Below, piece by piece: positions 46,270 to 57,521 of a stretch of DNA of 64,000 nt. A program made the position numbers and the translations under genes. Numbering within the stretch: position 1 is the first letter of the stretch; each line of letters starts with the position of its first letter. A model generated the notes under the pieces. The model saw only the letters and a list, made by a program, of their open reading frames with translations. It made no database searches and was not told the origin of the DNA. The DNA is from Flectonema sp. DT1601 (Eukaryota), in assembly GCA_964019425.1 (NCBI GenBank), contig OZ025780.1:682001-746000 (forward strand). Reading direction: 5' to 3'.

Positions 46270-47180
46270 ATGACTGAGATTAGTAATTATATGCGAAAGC
46301 TGGAGCGCCTCGCCGAAGAACTCGGCGTCGATGCATCTGGAGAAGTAGAAGAAGAAGAGAAGGTTGATATGTCCAACATGACAGACTATGAGAAAGGAAC
46401 ATACCAAGCAACTAAATCAATGGCCGCACTACGAGAGGATATCATCGTGTTAGACGACGTTGAAAAGGGAAAGCAACAAGTCACAGCAACACAAAAAGCA
46501 CAACTCACACAAAGAGTTACAAGAGGATTGAGAATGTTAAAAACGGATACGGCAAATTTGGGAAAAGTTGCTAACAAAGAGAAGCGAACTGGAGACTACC
46601 AAGAACTCGTAAAACACGTTGAACGAACTGAAGAACTATACAAGCGTCGTTTCCGCAGTAAGGATGATCAGGGGGAAACCTTTGGTGGAGGATTCGACAG
46701 TGGAGCCGTACCTATGCGAAACATTGACCAGATCGGAATTGATCAGGGAGACTTATCAGAGAACCTTCTGGATCCTCGTGAGGACGTCGAGTTTCAACAG
46801 TTCTACCAACAGTCTAAGCAGAAAAATGAGCAAATAGACGCTGCGTATGTTTTTCTTTAAAAAAAAATTCACTTAGCAAGTAAACCATCACTTCTTTCAC
46901 ACAAACACCAAACAGACTTGATCAAATAAGTCATCATCTCGGAAACGTCATGGAAGCAGCAAAGATGGCATCCGATGAATTAGATTATCAAAATGAAATC
47001 TTAGACAGAGCGAATGACAAAGCCGAAAAGGCAGCAGTTCAGATTAAGCAGATCAATAAAAAATTAAAAAAAACATTAAAAGAAGTTGACAAAGACAAGT
47101 ACTGCCTGTACGTTATATGCTGTCTCATGTTGCTCGGTATTGTGGGTGTAGTTATATCACAATCAGGTGTTTTTAAGTAA
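46270..47180 (+). CDS. Qc-SNARE (SYP7-like) with C-terminal tail anchor; exons 46270-46844 and 46916-47180
   Basis: Removing GTATGT..AAACAG (46845-46915) gives the SNARE heptads 'QIDAALDQISHHLGNVMEAAKMASDELDYQNEILD' and TM 'YCLYVICCLMLLGIVGVVI'. Confidence 0.85.
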
Positions 47181-48440
47181 AAAAAAAAAAGTAGCCGTCT
47201 TGCACAGGTGCTTGTTTTTCCACTTGACATATTGTTGTACCATCATCATGGAATACTTAATGACGAAACAACTTTAAAATTAGGTAGGTGGGAGAGACGA
47301 AAAACCCCCTTTTAAGAAATTGTGCCTCTGGCCTCCCTAGCCCTACTCCTCGAAGCATTAATTTGCTAACTGGGACTTGAAACAAAAAAAAAAAAAAAAA
47401 AAAGAGGGGGAAAAAAAGGACGTACCGACAGAAGATGAAAGGGATAGTCTTGTGATGTTACTGTGCAACTGCTGTTTCTAGGAGGCTTTCACAGTGGAAA
47501 GTTTGTCTCTTTTTTTTTTTTTTTTCCTTCCCCTACCCAATCCCTTGTTTATGTTTCGTTTTTTTTTTTCTCTAAAATTTTCTCCCCCGTTGTCGTTTTC
47601 TATCAATAACTCTGTGGAGAGATAATATCCATTAGGCGGTTATACGAGTACGCTTCTTCTTCGACAGCTTGAAGGTAGTTAAGTCCGATGAAATCAGGTA
47701 TCCTGATTTCTTACAGTGCTACCTTTTTCTCTGGTGTATTTATTTCTTGAATTGTGCGTCTCTGTTCCTCATCGTAAGGAGGATTGGAGAGGTCAGAGTT
47801 TTTTCACTCAATCGCGCATGTTCTTTGCGGTGTACAGCCTTTTTTCAGAAAAGAAAAGACTTCCAGTGAATTTAGTTCTCTCTGGTTCTTCTTATCAGTT
47901 TCGTCACAAAAAAAAAAAAAAAAAATTATATGGCTGTGGATTGCAAATAGATAATATTATGTTTTTTTTCCCTTTTTTTTTTTTGTAAAAAAACCTCCAG
48001 TTTTTTTTTCCCTTTGTTACGGGAAACAAGCTTACCTTTTTCAACTTGCAAAAAAAAAACGGAGGCGTAACGGACATAGGAGGAATAAAACTGAAAACCA
48101 CTGAGCAAAGGCTTTCGTTTAACGTGGTATCACTTCAGGGATAGAAGTGTGGTAGATATGTACCTTGAATAATTATTTAATTGAATTTTTTTTTGTTTAC
48201 AACCTGATATTTATGTTTGATTGAGGAGTTATAATCCGGTACTTTGTGATTTTTAAAAAAACTACCGATTTCTAAAATCCTATTATTTTTTTTCTTATTT
48301 AAAAAACTATTTTCGTTCACAGATTGACAGCAAGGAAAGAGAGATGAGACCATTTAAATTAGTTAGCTTTGCAACTATACAATACATTTTTTTTTTCACC
48401 CCTCAGATGGACACCAAGGCGAGCGGATCGCGGTAAGAAA

Positions 48441-49135
48441 ATGTACCCGCATCTCCTCGTGTCCGCGGCCTTAGGCACCACTGAATCTTCGGGAATCGGG
48501 GCCGCAATGTCTGACATAGAAAGGTTGGAGGAAGCCCTTGACACTATGTATGTATTGGTAAGCGCGATATTTGTCTTTTCAATGCAAGTAGGATTTGCAT
48601 TTCTTGAAGCAGGAGGAGTTCGAAGTGTAAACGTTATCACGATAGTATTCAAAAACCTTGGGGATTGTACTATAGGGGCAATACTTTGGTGGTTATGTGG
48701 TTACTCCTTCTCAAGACCTGGTGGTACTTTTGACGGGTTGATAGGCGGGTTTGAGCCATACGACGGATCAACAAACATTGCACAGTATTTATTAATGTAC
48801 ATGTACCTCGCAACTGCAACAACAATTATTTCTGGTGCTGTGGCTGAGAGGATAACATTAAAGGCTTACTACGTAATTACTATAGTCGTATCTGCGTTTT
48901 CATACCCTGTACTAGTCCACTGGGTATGGACTGACGGGGGATGGCTTCGTAAAATTGGAGTTATCGACTTTGCTGGATCGTTAGTTGTTCACATGAGTTC
49001 TGGTGTTTTTGCATTCGTTTCAGCAGCAGCACTTGGTCCTCGGTGTCTGCCAGGCCCTGATGCCACGCCATTCTCAACAGAAGGTAAAAGTATTACAACA
49101 CCTCATAATAAGTTTTTACAAGCTGCTGGTGCACT

Positions 49136-49166
<31 letters not shown>

Positions 49167-51110
49167 ACAGGAGCAATTGACTCTTTTACTAAAAACACAA
49201 AAGGAGTTGAAACCGCAGCTGTCAGCACTCTACTGGCTGGATCATCCGGTACTATCGTTGGAATGATAACGACTAAGGTTATATATGGTCATCTCGACCT
49301 CTCCCATACCTGCAATGCTCTCCTTGCTGGTTTGGTTTCTGTGACAGCCTCATGTTCATTTATCAAGCCATGGGTAGCAATTTGCATTGGGGCAGGAGGT
49401 GCACTTGTTTATTTCCTATTCCGAACGATTAGATTCAGACTTCATGTTGATGATGTGATAGATGCCTCATCAGTTCACGGTGCTGCAGGACTATTCGGAG
49501 TTCTCTGTGTTGGTTTTGGCGATGAAGACCTTATGCGATCTGTTGTGTTCAGAAACAATCCAAGCTGGACATTAAATAGACCAAACCAATTTGGTTACCA
49601 AATGATTGGAATCACAGCAGTTGCTGCCTGGTCAGGTATGCTTGCATTCTTCATCTGTCTAATCATGAAGAAATTAAGCATCTTAAGGATATCACAAGCG
49701 GCAGAATTGCAAGGTTGTGATGGATCCCTTTTTAAGTGTTTTGGCTACGACTACATTGGTGATGTTTTACACGATTTAGGACCTGTCTCTGCTGTTTCCC
49801 AACAAGCTGATGACACTGACAAACTTGATGAACTCGAAGACAGTCACGATATGCAACTCTTAGGTGTTGTAGAAAGCGGTGGAGACTCTTCTAAACCGAA
49901 CAAATTTTCATTCTTAAACATTGAGATTCTGACTGAAAAAATTGAGAAATTTCGACAAGCACGTCGCCATAAGAAAATTAGGAAGAAAATGAGGCAGGAA
50001 CAGCAAGAAGATGTCCCAATGCTCGAAGATGGAAGCGAGCAAATGGTCACCACATCAACTAGTGGTTCTAAAAGGGCATCAAGGACACCCAGAATACCTG
50101 CTCTTTATGATAGTGATGATTGCTACAGTTCAGATTTTTCTGATGGGCCAATTAGGGGACCGAAAGACGGAGCAACACCCACAATGCCAAACGTACCCAC
50201 TCCTTCAGAGGCCTCAACCACGGTCAGCACATGTCGTATTCCTTCAACTGGACACAATCCTCTAAAAATGAAGGGGTCGCTCATATCGCAGAGTAGTGGC
50301 AACTTCCACCCTGAGCGCCATATCAACTGGGATGCCACGGAGGGCACCCTGAGAACTGCACCGACCTACATGGTCAGATATGCCCGTGGTGACAGCAGTG
50401 GTGGCAGCAGTAATGCTGTCAGGGTGGTTGACTCACAGGCCGGAAGTGGCAGTTGCAGTACAAGAGACGGAGAGCATCCTCCAGGTCTATGCGAAGAAAT
50501 ATTTCCTGATTTGTCCAACGTTAAAGAACCGGGTGATGACACCACTATTGGAACAGAAGTTGATGACTACTATGAAGATAGGCCAAAAACAACCGGTTCT
50601 ACAGGCTCATGCATCAGCAGCAATTCCGTTGGCCTTGGAACCGCTCCGCCTCCGACTCATGTGTTATTTGGTTTTGGACCTTACACTCAACACAGAAGGC
50701 CAAACTCGGCTGACAATCTGAATCGGCCTAATGGATGGTCACTAAATCAACTAACCGAAGGTGGTGGTTCCCTGAGTGGCAGCATTGCGTCTTTTGTCGA
50801 AACCTCAACGTCTGGTTCTGTTATAAGCACTTCTCGAATCAACCCCACCATACAAGACCCTGCACATTTCATCATCCCTGTAAGCAGCCATAACAACGGT
50901 GTTATTGGAGACAACATCAAACCTGTGAAGTCCCCACCACCACATCCACGCGAGCTTAAATGGGAAATATCCGGAACCATTTGTTCACAGTGCCACAGTA
51001 ACGACTGGGTCAGCCTGCGCGCTCGCAAGGGCACTACAACACTCAAGTGTGTAGTGTGCAGCAACAAAGCATTCTTTACAAGCGGAAGTGACATATTATT
51101 AGTATGTTGA
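48441..51110 (+). CDS. amt: Ammonium transporter (Amt/Mep/Rh) with ~450-aa cytosolic tail ending in a CxxC..CxxC Zn ribbon
   Basis: 'MQVGFAFLEAG', 'TIISGAVAER', 'DFAGSLVVH', 'LWFGWFGFN', 'NALLAGLVSVTA', 'DDVIDASSVHG'; start could instead be the ATG of MSDIERL. Confidence 0.92.
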
Positions 51111-51136
51111 TTTTATTTTTACATTATAATTTATTG

Positions 51137-51152
51137 AAAAAAAAAAAAAAAA
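51137..51152 (-). terminator. Pol III poly-T terminator of tRNA-Pro
   Basis: T16 on the minus strand begins 1 nt after the tRNA 3' end. Confidence 0.7.
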
Positions 51153-51153
51153 G

Positions 51154-51225
51154 GGGCTCACCGGAGAATCGAACTCCGGACCTCTCGCACCCGAAGCGAG
51201 AATCATGCCACTAGACCAGTGAACC
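51154..51225 (-). tRNA. tRNA-Pro(CGG): tRNA-Pro, anticodon CGG, intronless
   Basis: Reverse complement GGTTCACTGGTCTAGTGGCATGATTCTCGCTTCGGGTGCGAGAGGTCCGGAGTTCGATTCTCCGGTGAGCCC folds into a full cloverleaf. Confidence 0.97.
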
Positions 51226-51309
51226 GCTTCCTGGTTCGCGATTTTTATTTCTTTTATACTCTGGTGATTGTTATTCCCTTTCTTGTTCAACCCTCATTTC
51301 TCCGAAATA

Positions 51310-51387
51310 TGCTCTGTGGCGGAATCGAACCGAAGATCTGTAGCCAACAACCCTTTTTAAACTTCAGTCAAAAAAAAAACACAGAAT
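51310..51387 (-). promoter_or_regulatory. Degenerate tRNA-like element with a consensus B box
   Basis: Minus strand has GGTTCGATTCC at 51331-51321 and acceptor-stem-like pairing ATTCTGT/ACAGAGC at tRNA spacing; D and anticodon arms are disrupted and there is an internal T run. Confidence 0.45.
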
Positions 51388-51484
51388 TCGTGCAAAGAAT
51401 ACACCCGAGAAGGAATCTGCACACGGCCGAGCTGCGATCTGATTCACATTGGTAAAAAGAGACCTGAAAGTGCACGCCATGCCA

Positions 51485-51735
51485 TCGGTGATTCCTAATC
51501 CGTTTTCATCGGATCTAGTTATCGGTACTTACGAGAGTCGGTTATCCTGCCTATCAGGCACTGGTACTTGTTCACAACCCGGTGGTTCCCCCTTACGTTC
51601 GCTTCTATCTTGTTATAAAGATTAATTATCGTGTATGCTATCACTTTTACACTGATTAGAATAGCCTTGATTGTTGCTGACAATCGAGGCAAGTTGTCGC
51701 CTTTGATGTTACTCAGGCTCCGCGGACGCGCCGCT
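51485..51735 (+). ncRNA. Candidate structured non-coding RNA, identity unknown
   Basis: Run of hairpins (ATCCG/CGGAT, TGCCT/AGGCA, ATCTT/AAGAT, 12-bp GCCTTGATTGTT/GACAATCGAGGC, GCGG/CCGC); no long homopolymers; about 100 nt from the tRNA-like element and divergent from it. Confidence 0.25.
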
Positions 51736-53743
51736 ATCTCTATTGTTGTTCTAAAATTCCCCCTCCCTATCCTGTTTGTCCCCCTGTTTTGGAGTAAAGT
51801 TTCGTTTTTGTTTTGCGGTTTCGTGATTTGTGCAGCACACTGTAGCGTCTCACAGACGCGGTTGCGATTTTTTGCTATGAATACACGACCGTTTGTCAAA
51901 TTACACTTCGAGGTGAGGGAGAACTATGTAGTTACCCTTCCGATCTCTTTTTCAGTTCTGTAAGTTTAATTCAGTATCTTTTTTTTGCTGTCACTAGATC
52001 CAACAACCGACGTACTAAAACTGCAATGGTTAAGTTTTGGATACAATAGTGTTCAGCCTATACACTCCCACGAGAAAGACATTTAGTAGCTGATAATTCT
52101 TCTACGAAGGAAAATATGAATCCCACGGCGATCATGTCCCCGTGTGTGTTTTGTGGCTGGTCCAGGAGTATCCTGCGCCTCTTTAAGATGTACCACCGCC
52201 TAGCCTGCTTGGATTATTATTGATTAACCAAGCTAGTGCAATAAGTTACATTGTGTTTTCCTCTTTCCCGGTGTCTGTTTGCACGCTTGTCGTCCCCATT
52301 TTTAGTTTTGCGTCGAAGACAAAATCAACAGACTGCGTTTCAGGTAAGCTTTTTTTTAATGTGTTTTTTTTTTAATTGGCAAAAAAAAAAAAAAGTATAA
52401 TCGGTGGTGAAAATCACTGCCGTTATATTACGGTTGCTAAAACATTAAAAGATACGGTTTTCGCTGTTCTTTATCGGAGTCGATAGTGGGATGCTTGCCT
52501 TGTGCTTCCTTATTATCAGATTTTTTTTGATAACTGTACTGTTTATACGAGCTGACGGCGATGTTCATTTTCTATCACTCTTTTTTCCACAAGGACTTTT
52601 TCTTCTGCCGAAGAAAATGAGGAAAACAAAAAAATAAAATAAGAAAAGAAGAAGAAAAAATCGTCGATAAGTAAGGTTAGCTGAAGTCCTTCATATTTCT
52701 TGCGCAAAATAGGCTCGAGAATTATTTTGTGATTTTGTTTTTCCACTGGAGTCAGAAAGCTAGCAGACAGTTTAAAGAGTTGTATTATCGCTTATTGTTT
52801 TTATTTATAATTATTTCATCGAGTTTTTTTTTCCTATTTCTTTTTCCCAGCATAAGAATGCAGTATCAAATTACCCCCATTGTTTTTTTTTTTTTTTTTT
52901 TTTTTTTTTTTGATTTTTTCGTTGTATGAAATGTGAGAGTGTTTTTTTCTGTTAATTAAATAACAGTCAAATGCGGCGCTGCTGAAGCCTTGTTTCTGGT
53001 TCTCGAACTTGAACCGTATTTGGAACTCATCACTGGGGAAAAAAAAAAATAAAATTTTAAAAAAATCGTTTTTTTTCTTGTTGTTGTTGTCGTCTGTTAT
53101 ACTTTCCCGCGCTCCCTCCCCATGTTGTGCCCCCATTATTATTTGTTCTGGTATTTTTGGTTTTTTTTACTTGTTTTTTTTCGTTTTTTTTATTCTGTTA
53201 TCAATTTACGTTTTACTTAGGTTTCTAAAAATAGAAAAATCGAAAACAAAGAAAGCAATGAAGGGATTAGGAGAATATTTGTCAGTTTTTTTTTTTTTTT
53301 TTTTGTTTTTCACTAGGTAGGGATTTGGGTGGCCAACTTAAATATATTTTTAATACATTTTTTTTTTTTTTAAAACTAGATCCGTAAGGTGCGACAGCCT
53401 AATTACCATAAGGCCAAGTATAAAAAGCACCTTTTCCACGTGATGTCGGTACTAGCATTTACTGCTTTATCCTTCACCAAATAGTGGAGATAATTTTAAG
53501 GTAATGATAGAGAGCTTTCTTGATATTTACTCTTTTTTTTTACTTATTTATTTTTATTTACAAAAAAAAAAAAAAAAAAAAAAAAAAAGCCCTCCCCAGT
53601 TGTAAAGCATAAAAAACAATACTGGCATCATGTGTTAATATTCCAGCAGTTACTTAAGTGGAGTAGATTGGCAGCTGTTAAACATGTCTGTGTTATGTTT
53701 CTGTAGCGTTGGATGACAGTGTTTCGTTTTTCAAAGACTGGTG

Positions 53744-53776
<33 letters not shown>

Positions 53777-55304
53777 TGTTACCGACATAGTCGGAGGGGA
53801 AACTATTCAGATTGAAAGTCGTTATTTCTTATGGTCATAATTTATTTTCCCCCTCGTGCAGCAGGATTCTGTCTGCGTTCAACGAAATATAAGGCTAATC
53901 TGAATGGTTTTAACTATTGTCTTCTTACCTTGTTTACCCCGTGGAGCATTTCTCCAGGGGGAAATTCTGTTTGTCAGTGATGTTGTCGAATACTGGCTGA
54001 TGACCTTTAGGCATTCTTGTTGAATGCGAATTAATTTTCTTCTCTTTTCTCATTTTTTTTTTTTTTTTTTTTCCTTCATTCAGAACTTGAAGGAAGCCGA
54101 AACTTCGATTTTCTCGTTGTCCCCTAAATACTTTAAATGGTGTTTTGTTGTCTGGATGTGATAATTCTTTTTCCCCCCCATTCTTTTTTTTTTTTTTTTT
54201 TTTCCCCTTTCTCAACTATGTTTACGTGGCCTCCAGCAGTATTTTATTTTGTAATGACATCCTATACTACCGCTGACAGTTCGGAACCAGTTTGCTTTTT
54301 CAGTCTTCTTTTTAGTGTGACAGACCGAAAAAAAAAAAAAGTTATCTAATGACTTTTTTTAGAAGAGGTGGCTGGATTATCTATGATCCTATTTTTCCGC
54401 TTCTCTTTGTTGATCCATGAGTTGACGATGTGATGGAGAAGGTGTATTGTAACTATTCTTGTCAAAAATTTAGCTGAAACTACTTGTAGTCGTAAGTTTC
54501 TTTTGTTTCCACTGTCTGCGGTAGTTATTTATGTTTTTATGAGACTTCCTCTCATCAGTGAGGGAGAAGAACGGAAAAAAAAAAAAAAAAAAAAAAAGTT
54601 TACTTTTTTTTTGTCTAATAGTATCACATCTCTTTCATTGCTTTCTATTTGTGAATGACGAGATACGGTTATAAATTTTTCTTTTGGTGGATAACTCTAT
54701 TCTAGTCAGTTAACTACAATAAAAAGTAATTTTTTTTTTTTTGTTTTTTTTTTTTTGTTACATGCATGCGATGGGTCTGGGAAAGTCGCTTACTTCCCGT
54801 CTCTTCTCTCCTGTTAGAGTCCCGCGGTTGTGATACCGAATGACTTTCCTAACGTCAATAAATCCAGTACAATAATTAAATATAATTCCCTTATGATTGA
54901 GATATGATCGAGAGAGTCACTAATTGTAGGGGAGCAACAGCATATCAAACTGTCTTTCTCTTGTTTTGGAGTGCTGTGACCCCTCAGAACGCTCTTCGTT
55001 TGTTACTCTGGTCTGATTGTATTTTTCTCTCTTTTTTTTTTTTTTTGTTTTTTTTTTTCAACTTTCATCGCTGACTTTTAGGTTGGTAACAACTTCGCAG
55101 GTGAAGGTGATCATGTCGTATTGACATAAAGTGTAATCATCGTTTAGCATGTTTTTTTTGTGTTTCGGAGATGATAATTGCTTTGAATGAGTTGCGTTTT
55201 ATTCCATTGTTAACCAGTATATCCCTCATTTTGTTCCGTCTATTTCTGCATCTAACAAAAGTAGCTTTTTTTTATATTCTTCAAGGTTATCGTATTAAAT
55301 CCCC

Positions 55305-55334
55305 CCCAGATAAATCATTTCGTATCGTATCAAA
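55305..55334. repeat. Short dispersed repeat shared with 24934-24963
   Basis: 29/30 identity. Confidence 0.65.
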
Positions 55335-55647
55335 GGTCCCCCCCTCATTTACTTACTTAAATATATTCAAGCATTTCCACCCCCTCCCATCACTCTGTAC
55401 CTTGAAGCATAAGCAACAATCTATTTATGAGGAGAATACAAGTATAGATCACGCAAGTGGGTTTTGTCACACAAAAGCGAAGACGTGCTTAGGATGAATG
55501 TTACTTTGTCATTAAATGATTTCTTCGTTATGAAACTTCTTTGCTCATGGTGTTATATACCCCCCTTTTTGAATAAAGATACCATCCAGAGAAATAATAT
55601 AAATCTAAAAACAGTCTTACGTAATTTTGTTTATTTATCGCATTAGC

Positions 55648-55729
55648 TGGTAGCGATCTAACTGTTTACCCCTATTGAGCTTTTCCTGACTTTTTGGCTT
55701 CCTAGCCTTCGCGTGTAAATAAATAAAAT
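55648..55729. repeat. Direct repeat copy A (pairs with 57191-57280)
   Basis: TGGTAGCGATCTAACTGTT(T)ACCC...TTGAG..TTTTCCTGAC.TTTTT..GGCTTCC...AAATAAATAAAAT. Confidence 0.75.
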
Positions 55730-57190
55730 CGAAAAAAAGTACATTCCTGTATCAAAAGGCTACAGGTAGAAAACATTGAGTACCTCCAATACCATGAAGG
55801 TCAATTCTGTGAGAGCTCTACAGTTCGAGCATAGAACATAGAGTGACACGGATGATGAGCTTTATAAGCCTCCCCGCTCTGGACTTTGCCTTCTTTACTC
55901 AAAACCCGTCGATGCCACCTCAACATTATTTGTTGGATTATGCAACCCCCTCGTGTTTCTAACTGAATTCCGGATAACCCTCCGTTAGTAGTGTGCTACG
56001 AGCTGGCAATATAAGCTAGCTCATTTTATTTTTTTAAAAAGAATTATTTATTTATTGACAAAGTAATTAAATAGGTGAAACCCCACAGTCTGCCGTACAA
56101 TACAGGTATTCATTTCTTCATAAATATATCAAACATTTCAACCCCTCCTTTACTTTTTTTTTATCTGAAAAAAAAAAAAAAAAAAAGCAGCCGAGTTGCT
56201 ATTGACAGAAGACAAGTATGGTTTATGGTTTCGAGCAGTGACGCATTGCAAATTTTGAGCCGATTTGGCCGATTTTTTTTCTTCTAAATAGTAGTCGGGT
56301 TAGTGTTGCTATTGAAGGGAGGTTTGGTGCACGAGATATGTTCTGCTTCATGTGCCAGTGATCTTCGATGTGACATTACGGGTCGTTTTCTATTTTTTTC
56401 CCCTCCTCTGATATTTTTTTTTAGTCTTCATGCATGATGGCTGGTTAGACGTAATTGTTCTTCATTTCTTATTATTATCACAAGAAACATAAGGAACAAA
56501 AAAAAAGAGACAAACAAGTTTTTTCTTGCGATCTTCTCTATTTTTTTTTTTTGTAGGGATTTTCTTTTTTTTTTTTGTTGCGTCGCATCTTGTTGTTGTT
56601 TTTTCTTATATCGAAAAGTGTTTATTATTATTTCTTTTCTCAGAGTTTTTGTTCTCCTCTCCTCTTATTTTTCCCATCGTTTGCGACAAAGGTTCCCTTT
56701 GCTGTCTGTTTCACATTAGTGGCGAGTGACAATTATGTTGGGCCCTGATGTAATCAGCTTTTTTTAAAGGAATACATGTTTGTGCGTGGAAATACATTTC
56801 TTATGAGTACGAGAAGTGATAGCCATTGCTGACTCGCTCTTCTTAAGAAATACCACGCACAGGCTAATTGTTTTTGGCTACGTTAGTTATTAAGGGAGAT
56901 GACAAATCAACTTTTACGAAAGCGACCGGCCAATTTTTTTTTAATTTTTTTTTTAAAAATATTTTTTTCCCTCGCAAATTTCAACAAACAAGCAGGTTCA
57001 AACAAACTTATTATTAACTTTTTTTTTCCTCCATCCACCTGGTTCATGTCTGAGAATCCCTGGGCAAGGTGGACAGCTGGGAGTCAATCCTTCTAACGCT
57101 GTAAAAACACAATCTCCGCGGAAGTAAAACAGGAAAAAATGTCTTCTTTTTTTTTCCTCATAATATGTCTGTGAGAGTCTCACGGTTGGT

Positions 57191-57280
57191 TGGTAGCGAT
57201 CTAACTGTTACCCTGTTGAGAATTTTTCCTGACATTTTTTTTTGGTTGGCTTCCCTAAAAAAAAAAAAAATAAATAAAAT
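57191..57280. repeat. Direct repeat copy B (pairs with 55648-55729)
   Basis: Same sequence with expanded T and A runs. Confidence 0.75.
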
Positions 57281-57377
57281 GTTGCAAAAATAACAGCTAG
57301 CAATGATTGTCACAGGGTGACGAGTCACCGATTTGTTCGTTTTGTCTTTTACTAACCTTTATGATATCCAGATTCCT

Positions 57378-57412
<35 letters not shown>

Positions 57413-57479
57413 ACCAACGATCAGATTAAGGGCTTATTTATTATGTCAATGCCATCATCGTAATAAATAACGAAGTCTA

Positions 57480-57521
57480 CTATTTTTTCCTTGTGCTCCA
57501 GTATTACTTGTCTGCGATCAA
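57480..57521 (+). repeat. Partial third copy of the 450/1812 element
   Basis: CTATTTTTTCC...CAGTATTACTTGTCTGCGATCAA. Confidence 0.5.

Noticed and set aside
47889..47901. TTCTTATCAGTTT match to U2 snRNA stem IIa
   Set aside because: No GTAGTA branch-pairing sequence or U2 5' end nearby; chance match
51493..51501. TCCTAATCC (and AACCCTAAC at 23178) as telomerase RNA templates
   Set aside because: The first would template TTAGGA rather than TTAGGG; the second is not conserved in the paralogous block at 20500; 9-mers occur by chance
51526..51600. TACTTAC as a U1 snRNA 5' end and CACTTTTAC (near 51642) as a U5 loop
   Set aside because: Flanking stems, the U1-70K loop and Sm sites do not fit
55851..55967. 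C/D-box snoRNA candidate (ATGATGA...CTGA)
   Set aside because: Terminal stem is poor and I could not establish a clean rRNA-complementary guide; a snoscan run against the organism's rRNA would be needed
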